Positions 52,764 through 62,928 of a stretch of 64,000 nt of DNA are shown here, in pieces. Source of the stretch: Balanoglossus misakiensis (taxonomy: Eukaryota > Animalia > Hemichordata); assembly GCA_040954595.2 (NCBI GenBank), contig JBECUI020000027.1:248001-312000 (forward strand), read 5' to 3'. Position 1 is the first letter of the stretch, and the number at the start of each line of letters is the position of its first letter. The notes under the pieces were generated by a model that worked only from the letters and a program-made list of their open reading frames with translations, had not been told where the DNA came from and made no database searches. A program made the position numbers and the translations under genes.

Positions 52764-52929
52764 AGAGACTCCTTAAGCAAAAACAATCCCCTCAAGAAAT
52801 AGTATTTACCGAGGAAAAAACACTTATAAATACTCCTGATCTCAATCTCACTTCACTATCTTATATTAGAAAAGTTCCCCAGTAAATCCTTAAGATAATG
52901 GATGCGGAAAAACCCTGATTAAATCTCTA

Positions 52930-52957
52930 TTGACTAATAAAAAAATGGACTTACAAT
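52930..52957 (+). promoter_or_regulatory. Possible promoter for the ord operon
   Basis: TTGACT-N16-TACAAT. Confidence 0.45.
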
Positions 52958-53001
52958 AGGTTTTACCATTACAAAAATAATTCGCTAAAGGAAGGTATGC
53001 T

Positions 53002-54057
53002 TTGGAAAAAATCCGTATCTTGATTTGGGGATTTGGGGCCATAGGAAGCGGCATGGCCGATATGCTGCTTGAAAAAGAAGGAGTGGAAATTGTTGGAGTC
53101 TGCGACAAGCATATCCAGCGGGTGGGCCGGAATATTTTTGATTTGCTGGAATGCCCCCAGAAGGAACATCCTGAAATCATCATTACTGACGATATAGATG
53201 CCCTTCTCTCCTCTTCTCAGGCCGATCTGGCCTTGCTGGCCACAGATTCTTTTATTAAAAAAGCTCAACCCAAAATAATCAAACTGATTAAGAAAGGACT
53301 TAACGTTATTTCCACCGCTGAAGAAATGAGCTACCCCTGGGCCCAGGCTCCCCAAAGTGCCAGAGAAATAGATGCCGCCGCAAAGGAACAGGGAGTTTCC
53401 GTTCTGGGAACAGGGATTAACCCGGGACTGATTATGGATATGTTGGTGATTCTGCTAACCGGTGTCTGCAGGAACGTCCATTCGATTAAGGCAAAAAGGG
53501 TAAACAGCCTATCTCCCTTTGGACCAACGGTAATGGAAGAGCAAGGGGTTGGATTAAGTCCCAAAGCTTTTGAAGAAGGAATACACAAAGGTACGGTAAC
53601 AGGACATGTGGGATTTCCCGAATCGATACAGATGATTGCCGATGGTCTGGGCTGGAAACTTAGCGGACCTGTAGAACAGTCCAAAAAAGCGATTATTACC
53701 TCTGTTCCCCGAAAAACACAATACACGGAAGTAAACCCCGGCCAGGTGGCAGGCTGCGATCAGAGGGGAGTGGGCTACGTGGAGGGTGTACCGCGGATCC
53801 AGATGATACATCCCCAGCAGATAGAGCCCAAGCTTTCCGGTACAGAAACCGGGGACTATATAAGCATCCAAGGAGAACCCCCAGTGAATATGGCAATCCA
53901 GCCGGAGATTCCTGGAGGACTGGGGACCATAGCCATGTGTGTGAATATGATTCCTCAGGTAATCAACGCCAGTCCAGGGCTCAAAACCATGCTGGATTTA
54001 CCCATACCTCGGGCCATTATGGGCGATATGCGGGATCGCATTGGAAATTCAACATGA
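53002..54057 (+). CDS. ord: 2,4-diaminopentanoate dehydrogenase
   Basis: WGFGAIGSG, STAEEM, GTGINPG, LSPFGPTVMEEQGVG, PRAIMGD. Confidence 0.95.
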   Translation: MEKIRILIWGFGAIGSGMADMLLEKEGVEIVGVCDKHIQRVGRNIFDLLECPQKEHPEIIITDDIDALLSSSQADLALLATDSFIKKAQPKIIKLIKKGLNVISTAEEMSYPWAQAPQSAREIDAAAKEQGVSVLGTGINPGLIMDMLVILLTGVCRNVHSIKAKRVNSLSPFGPTVMEEQGVGLSPKAFEEGIHKGTVTGHVGFPESIQMIADGLGWKLSGPVEQSKKAIITSVPRKTQYTEVNPGQVAGCDQRGVGYVEGVPRIQMIHPQQIEPKLSGTETGDYISIQGEPPVNMAIQPEIPGGLGTIAMCVNMIPQVINASPGLKTMLDLPIPRAIMGDMRDRIGNST

Positions 54058-54374
54058 GAACCGCCCACAGAAACGAAGAGGTCCGCATCCATAAGATTCT
54101 CCTTTCCCCCCAGGACCGTGCCCCCCAACTCCCAGAAGATACCCGGCAGGTTCCCTTGGAAATGTGGGTAAAAGGTTATCTCCTGGATGAATCTGCCCGC
54201 TTAGGAGATTTGGTACGCATAGAAACCGCCACAGGCCGTCAGGTCTCCGGGACTCTACAGGAAATCGCCCCGGCCTGGGGGCATGGTTTTGGAAAGCATG
54301 TACCGGAACTGGAAGTTCTTAAGCGAAGCATGAAAGCATCCCTGCAGCAAAAGGATCGTGAGGAACAACCATGA
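54054..54374 (+). CDS. ortA: 2-amino-4-ketopentanoate thiolase alpha subunit
   Basis: RAPQLPEDT..VPLEMWVKG, HGFG..VPEL; ATGA overlap with ord. Confidence 0.93.
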   Translation: MRTAHRNEEVRIHKILLSPQDRAPQLPEDTRQVPLEMWVKGYLLDESARLGDLVRIETATGRQVSGTLQEIAPAWGHGFGKHVPELEVLKRSMKASLQQKDREEQP

Positions 54375-55774
54375 GCCGCTACAATGAAGTAATGGCTAAA
54401 AAAGCTTCGATTATGAAAAAGGCCCTGGGGATTGATTACAGTCGTTTTGAATCCGGGGGAATTGCCTTTGACTACTCCTTAATGATGGCCCAGACAGGAT
54501 ATTCTTCAGAAGATATTCAAAAGATTCAGGAAGAAACCGGGGTGGGAAAAACCCCTTTGTTGGAACTGCGTAACCTTACCCGCCTAGCCCGTTCTCTGGC
54601 CCCATCGGGAAAAGGTGCCAGGATTTTTTTAAAGGATGAGGCAGCCAATCCTTCGGGGAGCTTCAAGGCTCGGAGAGCCTCGGTGTCGGTATACCACGCA
54701 AAGAAAATGGGCTTTTCTATGGTAATGGCCGCCACCAGCGGTAACTACGGAGCCGCCGTGGCCAGCCAGGCGGCCATACGCAACCTGGACTGTCTGATTA
54801 TCCAGGAATGCTACGATTCCCAGGGTAGGGGCCAGCCGGAAATTATTGAAAAGGCCCGGAAATGCGAGGCTTACGGAGCGGAAGTTCTCCAGCTCTCCGT
54901 GGGACCAGAGCTGTTCTTTGTTTTTCTTGAACTGCTGGAAGAAACCGGTGCCTTTAACGCCTCCCTCTACACCCCCTTCGGTATTGCAGGAGTGGAAACC
55001 CTGGGCAGAGAGATAGCCCAGCAAGTGAAGTTACGAACCGGAAGGAATCCTGATGCTGTGGTAGTGACCAACGCCGGGGGAGGCAATCTCACTGGAACCG
55101 CCAGGGGGCTTATTGAAGCCGGCTCGGAAAACACCGCGGTGATTGCCGCCAGCGTCAATCTCCAAAACCTGCACATGGCCTCCGACGGACAGTTCAACCA
55201 CAAAAGCTTTACAACCGGCCATACCGGTTTCGGTGTGCCCTTCTCTACCTACCCGGACCGCTCCGATGTCCCCAGGTCCGCAGGCCGTCCCTTGCGTTAT
55301 ATGGACCGTTATGTAACGGTGAACCAAGGGGAAGTATTCTGGGCCACTGAAGCCCTGGCCCTCCTGGAAGGCCTGGAACGCGGCCCGGCAGGAAATATTT
55401 CTTTGGCAGCGGCTTTTAGTCTGGCCCAGGAAATGGAAGAAGAGCAGGTAATCGTTGTCCAAGAAACCGAATACACCGGGGCAGGGAAGCATGTGCAGCC
55501 CCAGCTAAGCTTCGCCCGGGAGAACGGGATTGAAATCCGCTTAGGAAATCCTGCCGAAGAGATCCCAGGAAAGTCCATCATCCTCCCGGAAAGACCCGAC
55601 CTCGTTAAGGCCAGGGACTTAGACCTTTCTAGCCTCCGCAGCTCCCTCATCCGCAAAACCATCAAAGGACATGATCCCCGGACCCTCAGTCAGGAAGATC
55701 TCCAATTTCTCGCCGAAGAAACTCAGACCACTGGAGACTGGGTCCAGAAAATATGCGATCAACAAGGAAGTTAA
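54371..55774 (+). CDS. ortB: 2-amino-4-ketopentanoate thiolase beta subunit (PLP)
   Basis: KDEAANPSGSFKARR, ATSGNYG, VQETEYTGAGKH. Confidence 0.96.
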   Translation: MSRYNEVMAKKASIMKKALGIDYSRFESGGIAFDYSLMMAQTGYSSEDIQKIQEETGVGKTPLLELRNLTRLARSLAPSGKGARIFLKDEAANPSGSFKARRASVSVYHAKKMGFSMVMAATSGNYGAAVASQAAIRNLDCLIIQECYDSQGRGQPEIIEKARKCEAYGAEVLQLSVGPELFFVFLELLEETGAFNASLYTPFGIAGVETLGREIAQQVKLRTGRNPDAVVVTNAGGGNLTGTARGLIEAGSENTAVIAASVNLQNLHMASDGQFNHKSFTTGHTGFGVPFSTYPDRSDVPRSAGRPLRYMDRYVTVNQGEVFWATEALALLEGLERGPAGNISLAAAFSLAQEMEEEQVIVVQETEYTGAGKHVQPQLSFARENGIEIRLGNPAEEIPGKSIILPERPDLVKARDLDLSSLRSSLIRKTIKGHDPRTLSQEDLQFLAEETQTTGDWVQKICDQQGS

Positions 55775-55776
55775 TT

Positions 55777-56164
55777 ATGGAACATCAAAAAGATTTTACC
55801 GTTCTCCGATCCCCATTGCAGAACCTGACAGAAGAAGAATTGGAGGCCCGGTTCTGGGAACTGGCTGAAAAAATTGTCCACCCCTCTGCTGGAGTTAGCC
55901 CAACACCACACTTCTCCCGCCATTGAGCGTTCTGTATTGCTGCGTATGGGGTTTTCCAGCGCCGAAGCGGCCCAGGTGGTAGAGGGCTGCCTGAATCAAG
56001 GACTCCTGGGCAAAGGCGCAGGCCATGTGGTCCTTAAGGTGGCCAAGGACGGAAACCTTCCCCTGAGGGAAGCGGGACTGGCCCTGATGGAAGGTCGTTT
56101 ATGGGACAGGGCCCTTACGCTTTTCAACAAGACAACACCGAAGAAGCAGGAGAACCGCCAATGA
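55777..56164 (+). CDS. oraS: D-ornithine 4,5-aminomutase small subunit (frameshifted)
   Basis: LTEEELEARFWELAEKI then PLLEL..HTSPAIERSVLLRMGFSS...GLLGKGAGH across two shifts. Confidence 0.9.
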
Positions 56165-58371
56165 AACTGAAACCCGATGAAAAATCAATCTCGATGAAAT
56201 CCTCAACGATTTGGAGTCCTACCGACCCCGCCGTCACGGCTGGACTTGGCGGAATCCCAAACCAGGGAATCGGGGTCCTTTTGAATACCGGGAAATTAGT
56301 GAAGATCTCAGCAAAAGCGTCCCTCTCCCCGGGAGTGCCTATTTTCAACAGATAGATCCTCAGCCCCAGGCCACTATCACCACCGAATTGCCTCAGGGTG
56401 CTTTGAAGACGATATCCGGCGGATGCGTATGGCCGCCTGGCACGGTGCAGACCATCTGATGGTCATTCGAACCGCCGGGCAAAGCCATATTGACGGACTA
56501 ATGGAAGGAAGCCCCCAAGGCATAGGCGGAGTCCCCATTACCCGCAAACAGCTTCGAGCCCAGCGTAAGGCCCTGGATTTAATCGAAGACGAAATAGGAC
56601 GCCCCATCAATTACCACTCCTACGTAAGCGGTGTGGCAGGCCGGAAATCGCCGTCCTTTTTGCTGAAGAAGGGGTCAACGGTGCCCACCAGGATCCCCAG
56701 TACAACATCCTGTACCGCAACGTCAATATGCTGCGCAGTTTTGTGGATGCTGCCGTGGCCAAAAAAATAATGGCCTGGAGAGGGATAGTTCAGATTGACG
56801 GAGCCCATAATGCCAACGCTACGGCCCGAGAAGCCTGGAAGGTCATGCCCGAACTCATGGTTCAGCACGTCATTAATTCCCTTTTCAGCGTAAAATGCGG
56901 CATGCCCAAAGAAAATATCTGCCTCTCCTCTGTTCCTCCCACAGCGCCGCCCGCCCCCCTGTATGCGCCTGGATCTCCCCTACGCTGTGGCCCTCAGGGA
57001 ACTCTTTCGAGGCTACAAGATACGGGCCCAGCAAAACACCAAGTACATGGGCTCAAGCACTCGGGAAGCCACCGTTACCCACACATTAAACCTCCTAATC
57101 AGCCAGCTCACCGGCACCGACATTCAGTCTACCATTACCCCGGACGAGGGAAGAAACGTTCCCTGGCACATCTACAACATAGAAGGAACCGATACCGCCA
57201 AGCAGGCCTTTAACGGCATGGATGGTTTGGGAGAAATGGTCCGCCTGCAGCGGGAAAAGGGAAGCCTGCCTACCCGTGTGCGGGAACTCAAGGAACGGGC
57301 TGTTCTCTTTATGGAAGAAATTCTGAAAGTCGGAGGCTATTTTCAAGCGGTTGAAAAGGGATTTTTTGTTGATTCCGGCGAGTATCCTCAGCGCCACGGA
57401 GACGGTATTGCCCGACAGATAAACGGTGGAATCGGGGCGGGAAGCATACTGGAGCGGGAAGGAGGATTACTTAGCCCCGGTAAAAGCCCATTTTGGCTAC
57501 AACAACCTCAGCCCCTGGGAAGTTCGGCAGAAAAAGACCCCGCCTCCCTCATAGGCGGCGACACTCTTACAAACCCCGAGAAGATTGTTTATATTGACGA
57601 ATTAGATCCAGAAGACAACGTCCACAAAAGAATGAAACTCACCGAACACCTCCGGCAGGGTGACCAAATACAACCAGAGATGGAAAAGCAGGGAGATGGT
57701 CTGGTACAGGTGACAACCTTCCTCCCCGTAGCTCCCCGTACCGCCTGGTTTGCCGCCCTGGAGGTGGCAAAGAACATGGGCCTGGAAGAGGCGGAAGTCA
57801 TCCATGTAGAAACCATGCACCCCGCCGAGGGAAGCCGGGTGGAGTTTAAAGGTAGATACCCCAAAACCATTAACCTGAAAACCCTGGAAGTCCCCCCTGC
57901 CCCGAGAGAATGAGTGACGACGCCATCAGGGCTGCCATAAAATCCGAACCTATGACCATTGTTGCCGGCACCGTGGGGAAAGACGAGCATTCGGTGGGAT
58001 TAAGGGAGATTCTGGATATCAAACATGGCGGCATAGAAGGTTACGGTATTGATTGCCACTATCTAGGCACCTCTGTTCCACTGGAAAAGCTGGTGGACGC
58101 CGCGATGGAACTCCATGCCGATGCCATACTGGCCAGCACCATCATCAGTCATGACGACATACACTACCGGAACATGCGGAGACTCCATGAAATCTGCTTG
58201 GAAAAGGGGATACGGGAGAGACTGATTTTAGTGGGCGGAGGGACCCAGGTAACCCCGGAGTTGGCGGTTCTCCAGGGAGTGGACGCCGGCTTCGGCCGCG
58301 GGGCCAATGGTCAACAGGTGGCCACTTTCCTGGTGAAAAAACGTTTGGAAAATAAAAGGAAATCCTCCTGA
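56161..58371 (+). CDS. oraE: D-ornithine 4,5-aminomutase large subunit (AdoCbl/PLP; several frameshifts)
   Basis: YRPRRHGWTWR, RMRMAAWHGADH, QDPQYNILYRN, DGAHNANAT, TITPDEGRNVPWH, DEHSVG (base-off B12 motif), in successive frames. Confidence 0.93.
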
Positions 58372-59756
58372 ACATTTCCGTTCAGGCTCTGGTAGCGGAA
58401 ATTGGGAGCACCATAACCTCGGTGAGTGCTTTTGAGGGCTTGGATACGAAAAACCCCCAGTTTCTGGGACAGGGATTTGCCCCTACCACGGTTTTAGAAG
58501 GAGATGTGCGTTGGGGCATGAAGGCCGCCGTGGCGGATTTGGAAACTCGGCTAGGTAAGAACCTCAGCTGGAAAACATTTCTGGCGGCTTCCAGTGCTGC
58601 CGGAGGTCTGCGGATGAGCGCCCATGGTTTGGTCAGAGATATGACTGTTCGGGCAGCCAGGGAGGCCGCCCTGGGTGCCGGGGCCAACATTTCTATGATC
58701 ACCTCTGGAAAAATACAAGAAACGGATCTGGAAGAATTATGCCGCATTGCTCCAAACATTGTGCTTTTAGCCGGAGGAGTGGATTACGGTGAAAAAGAAA
58801 CCGTCCTCCATAATGCCCACCTCCTGGTTCACAGCTCCTTAGACTGCCCGGTTATCTATGCAGGGAACCTCCAGGCCCAAGGAGAAATTAAGAAAATTTT
58901 TGAAAACAGCAGCCTTCCTCTGTTCATCACTCCTAACATCTACCCCCGCATCGACTCTCTGGAAGTGGAAGCTGCCCGCCACCTTATCCAGGAAGTTTTT
59001 GAACAACACATTATCAAAGCCCCGGGGATGGAAGGTATTCGGGAGCTGGTGGACGGTCCCCTTCTGCCCACCCCTGGAGCAGTGTTGGAGGCAGCTAAGC
59101 TCCTTCGGGAAGCACAGGGAGATCTGGCTGTGATCGATGTGGGAGGAGCCACCACCGACGTTCATGCGGTCTGTGAGGATTCAGAAGAATTCGGACGCTT
59201 GTTGCTTGCCCCCGAACCCCAGGCCCGTCGAACAGTAGAAGGTGATCTAGGAACCTATGTCAGCCGCCTATCGACCCTCCAAGCGGTGGGAAGCTCCGTC
59301 ATGGCCAAGTTGCTGAATATTCCAGAAGACCGGGTCTCCACAGCGGTGGAAAAACTCCCTCCCCTTCCTCAGAACAAGGCAGAAAGCGCCATCTCAGAAG
59401 CTTTAACAGAAGTCTCGGCCAGGATAGCCTTGGAGCGTCACGCGGGGCGTGTCCGCGATCTCTACGGGCCCCGAGGGAAAGTTCGGGTGGCAGAAGGAAA
59501 AGATTTGACTAATTTAACCAAACTCATTGCCACGGGAGGGGCCCTTACCAAACTTCCGGGGCGAGAAGCAAGACTGCGCCGCATCCTGGCCAACCAAAGA
59601 CCCGATGTCATGAGTCCCCCCCCCCTCATCCCTTTAATCTTTGACGATGACTACGTAATGGCCGCCACCGGGGTCCTTTCCCGGCTCTGGCCCCAGGGGG
59701 CTTTAACCCTTCTTTCCCGATCCCTGGGCCTCCCCCCTGAAGAGCAGCCCCTATGA
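58368..59756 (+). CDS. GlmL/MutL-related aminomutase reactivating factor (Or-1 type)
   Basis: LVAEIGST (upstream of the ORF-track start), SSAAGGLRM, LAGGVDYGE, PTPGAV, DVGGATTDVH, RTVEGDLG. Confidence 0.9.
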   Translation: MNISVQALVAEIGSTITSVSAFEGLDTKNPQFLGQGFAPTTVLEGDVRWGMKAAVADLETRLGKNLSWKTFLAASSAAGGLRMSAHGLVRDMTVRAAREAALGAGANISMITSGKIQETDLEELCRIAPNIVLLAGGVDYGEKETVLHNAHLLVHSSLDCPVIYAGNLQAQGEIKKIFENSSLPLFITPNIYPRIDSLEVEAARHLIQEVFEQHIIKAPGMEGIRELVDGPLLPTPGAVLEAAKLLREAQGDLAVIDVGGATTDVHAVCEDSEEFGRLLLAPEPQARRTVEGDLGTYVSRLSTLQAVGSSVMAKLLNIPEDRVSTAVEKLPPLPQNKAESAISEALTEVSARIALERHAGRVRDLYGPRGKVRVAEGKDLTNLTKLIATGGALTKLPGREARLRRILANQRPDVMSPPPLIPLIFDDDYVMAATGVLSRLWPQGALTLLSRSLGLPPEEQPL

Positions 59757-61665
59757 GCGGTCCCGTTCTTCAGGTAGACCTGGATGCCATTGAACAAAAC
59801 GTCCGCAGCATTGTCACTTATTGCCAAGAGCGAAACATCAGCGTCACCGGGGTCACTAAAGTGACCTGCGGCATGCCCGCCGTTGCCCGGGCCCTCCTCA
59901 GAGGAGGCGTCAACTCCCTAGGGGAATCTCGGTTGGAAAATATTCACCGCATGGAAGCCCAGGGAATCACCGCTCCCTTTTGGCTCTTGAGAATCCCCTC
60001 CCCTTCTGCTGTAGAGGAAATTGTCCACTCGGTGAGTATCAGCCTTAATTCCGAAATCGGCACGATTCGTGCCCTCTCAACAGCGGCGGAACGGTTGGAA
60101 ATCATACACGATATTGTGTTGATGATTGATTTGGGAGATCTCCGGGAGGGGCTCTGGCCTGGCGACATTCTCCCCACAGTAAGGGAGATTTTGAAATGCC
60201 CAGGGATACGACTCCGTGGGCTGGGTACCAACCTGACCTGCTATGGCGGGGTGCTTCCTTCAGAAACCAATATGCAGGCTTTGGTGGATTATAAAAAACG
60301 TGTGGAAGATTCCTTTAACCTGGAGCTCGACATACTCAGCGGAGGCAACTCCAGCACTTTGGATCTGCTGCTTCGGGAAAAGCTTCCCAAGGAGATCAAC
60401 AATCTCCGCTTGGGAGAATCCCTTATGCTGGGCAAAGAAACCGCCTACCACAGACAATGGCCCGGCACCCGGCTTGATGCCTTTATTCTCAAAGCCGAGC
60501 TGATTGAAATTAAAGAAAAGCCCTCCGTCCCCCTGGGAGAAATGGGACTGGATGCCTTTGGGAAAAAACCCACTTTTGAAGATCGTGGTACCATTCTCCG
60601 AGGAATCTTGAATCTCGGCAGGGAAGACGTTAGCATTGATGGACTCACCCCCCAAGACGGCTCCCTCCGTATTCTTGGTGCTTCCAGCGATCATCTTCTT
60701 GTTGATATTACCTCCCGACGGGGAGAAGTGAGCCTGGGTCAGGAATTAAGCTTTCTTCTTGACTACGGAGCTCTCTTGGCAGCCATGACCTCTAACTACG
60801 TCAAGAAAGAGCCTCATCAATCGGGAAGGTCCCTCATCCAGAAGCGCCCCCAACTCCTGTTCACAGGAGACGCCATGGACTCCCTTCTCTTAAAGGGAAA
60901 AACGGTTTTAAGGGAATATCTGGAGAAAGACTTGCAAGCCATTCCCTCCCTTTCTGGGATTATCCGTGACCAGCCGGGCAGAACCTCTTTGAAAAGAATC
61001 AGTTCAGACATCCTGCCTCTACTGTGCAGTAAGACAGGGAAAATTCTGAGCATTTTGGAAGACTATGCCCTGGAGGGGGGAAGTGTTGGCCTTCTCTGGC
61101 TCACCCCCCGCATCAGGTATGCCCTCTATGGGACTACCTTCAGAATCCTCCCTCCGCCCCACAACTTACTAAGTCTCTCCCCCTGGAGAACTGCGTCATC
61201 ATAGGTCTGAAAGAGGCCGATCCGCCAACACAGTTGATTCTTCGTGATAGGCAGATACGGACTTACACTATGGAGGACATAGACCTTAGAGGGATCCATC
61301 AGGTCCTGAGAGAAGCCATGTTTTATGGCTCTGCAGGGGTTGATGGGTTTTTTCTCCGGTACGATCCCAGCCTCACCGAGGAAAATAATGAGGGACTCAC
61401 CAGGAGGGAAACCTACCTAGCCATGGAACTCATCGCCCGTAGTCATCTACTTCGGGGGGTGGACCTCTCCGATGTCCCTTTCTGGAAAAACAGTTCAAAA
61501 ACATTATTCCTGCATCGCTACATTGCGACCGCTCTGGGTCGCAAGATTTTAGGGGCTGAAAGAAATGGAGGGGGCCTTAAAGGGAGGCTAAAGTTCGGGG
61601 CCTTCTCCTTTGCTGCAGAACGACAGTCCCCCCCACCTGCCATCTCTAACTCAACCAGGTTTTGA
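59753..61665 (+). CDS. orr: Ornithine racemase, apparently fused to a degenerate arginase-like domain (frameshift near 61100-61190)
   Basis: GVTKV, ESRLEN, DLGDLREG, GTNLTCYG, SGGNSS, GASSDHL; then ENCVIIG...TMEDID..G...GLTRRE..LAME...LGRKIL. Confidence 0.82.
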
Positions 61666-62058
61666 GTAGCTTTCTTAGCACGGCTACAAGGTTGTATATT
61701 TCTACTGGATTGCCAGGAGTTCTAGGTAAAGTTTATTCTTTTCTCCGTAAGAAATCCCCCCTTTAGTTTGCCATGGTCTCTTATTCCAGGGTTCTTTGAT
61801 ATCGAGGCTTATATCAGAGACCAGAGGCTTGCAGAAGCTTCAGATAAAACTTTTCTTATTGATGCGTTTTCAGAGAAAAACAGCATAAGGCTCTTGGGGC
61901 CACAGCCGTTTCGACTTTCCCCCCTACTCCGGCCTCCCAAACTATTTTCGATAGGCCTTGGAAGTTTTTGTTCCCATGCTTTGCAGCGGGATCCACACCA
62001 GCTATACGGTTTTTTTGTAACCGTGCTGTCTCTGTTTTGTCAATTCTTCTTAGCTGAT

Positions 62059-62768
62059 TATTGGGAAAGGAAGTTCTGTACACCGTATGCAGATTTCTTC
62101 TTACTGGAAGGAACTTCTGTACACCGTATGCAGATTCTTCTTACTGGAAAGGAAATTCTATACACCGTATGCAGATTCTTCTTACTGGAAAGGAAGTTCT
62201 GTACTCCATATGCAGATTCTTCTTACCGGAAGGAACTTCTGTACACCGTATGCAGATTCTTCTTATTGGAAGGAACTTCTGTACTCCATATGCAGATTCT
62301 TCTTACTGGAAAGGAAATTCTATACACCGTATGCAGATTCTTCTTACTGGAAAGGAAATTCTATACACCATATGAAGATTCTTCTTATTGGAAGGAACTT
62401 TCTGTACTCCATATGCAGATTCTTCTTACTGGAAAGGAAATTCTATACACCGTATGCAGATTCTTCTTACTGGAAAGGAAATTCTATACACCATATGAAG
62501 ATTCTTCTTATTGGAAGGAACTTCTGTACACCGTATGCAGATTCTTCTTACTGGAAAGGAAGTTCTGTACACCGTATGCAGATTCTTCTTACTGGAAAGG
62601 AAGTTCTGTACACCGTATGCAGATTCTTCTTACTGGAAAGGAAGTTCTGTACACCGTATGCAGATTCTTCTTACTGAGAAAGAAAATTCTTCTACACCAT
62701 ACACCGTATGCAGATTCTTCTTATCGAAAAGGAACTTCTTCTACACCGTATGCAGATTCTTCTTACTG
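62059..62768 (-). repeat. Tandem array B: 17 x 40-41 bp, homologous to array A and inverted relative to it
   Basis: + strand unit GGA(A)AGGAA[G/C/A]TTCT[G/A]TAC[A/T]CC[G/A]TATG[C/A]AGATTCTTCTTA[C/T]T. Reverse complement contains TAAGAAGAATCTGC. Confidence 0.97.
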
Positions 62769-62847
62769 AAAAGGATTACTCCCCTATTGAAAAGGATTAC
62801 TCCCCTATTGAGAAGGTTTACTCCCCTATTGAGAAGGTTTACTCCCC
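62767..62847 (+). repeat. 4 x 21-bp direct repeats abutting array B
   Basis: TGA[A/G]AAGG[A/T]TTACTCCCCTAT at 62767, 62788, 62809 and 62830 (last copy ends CCCCGGT). Confidence 0.93.
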
Positions 62848-62928
62848 GGTTACCCTGGCCTTTAGTCAGGTGAGTTTAGTGGGATGGAATGTGTTAGGGA
62901 TACGGAGGGTGAGGGCAGGGCCCTCAGA

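Noticed and set aside
53243-53256. Extra motif copy inside ord (CAGATTCTTTTATT)
   Set aside because: It needs an indel to match and encodes a conserved TDSF, so chance is plausible.
62059-62847. CRISPR or TIGR-type guide array
   Set aside because: Units are near-identical along their whole length. There are no diverse spacer segments, no box C/D-like motifs and no adjacent Nop-domain or Cas gene.
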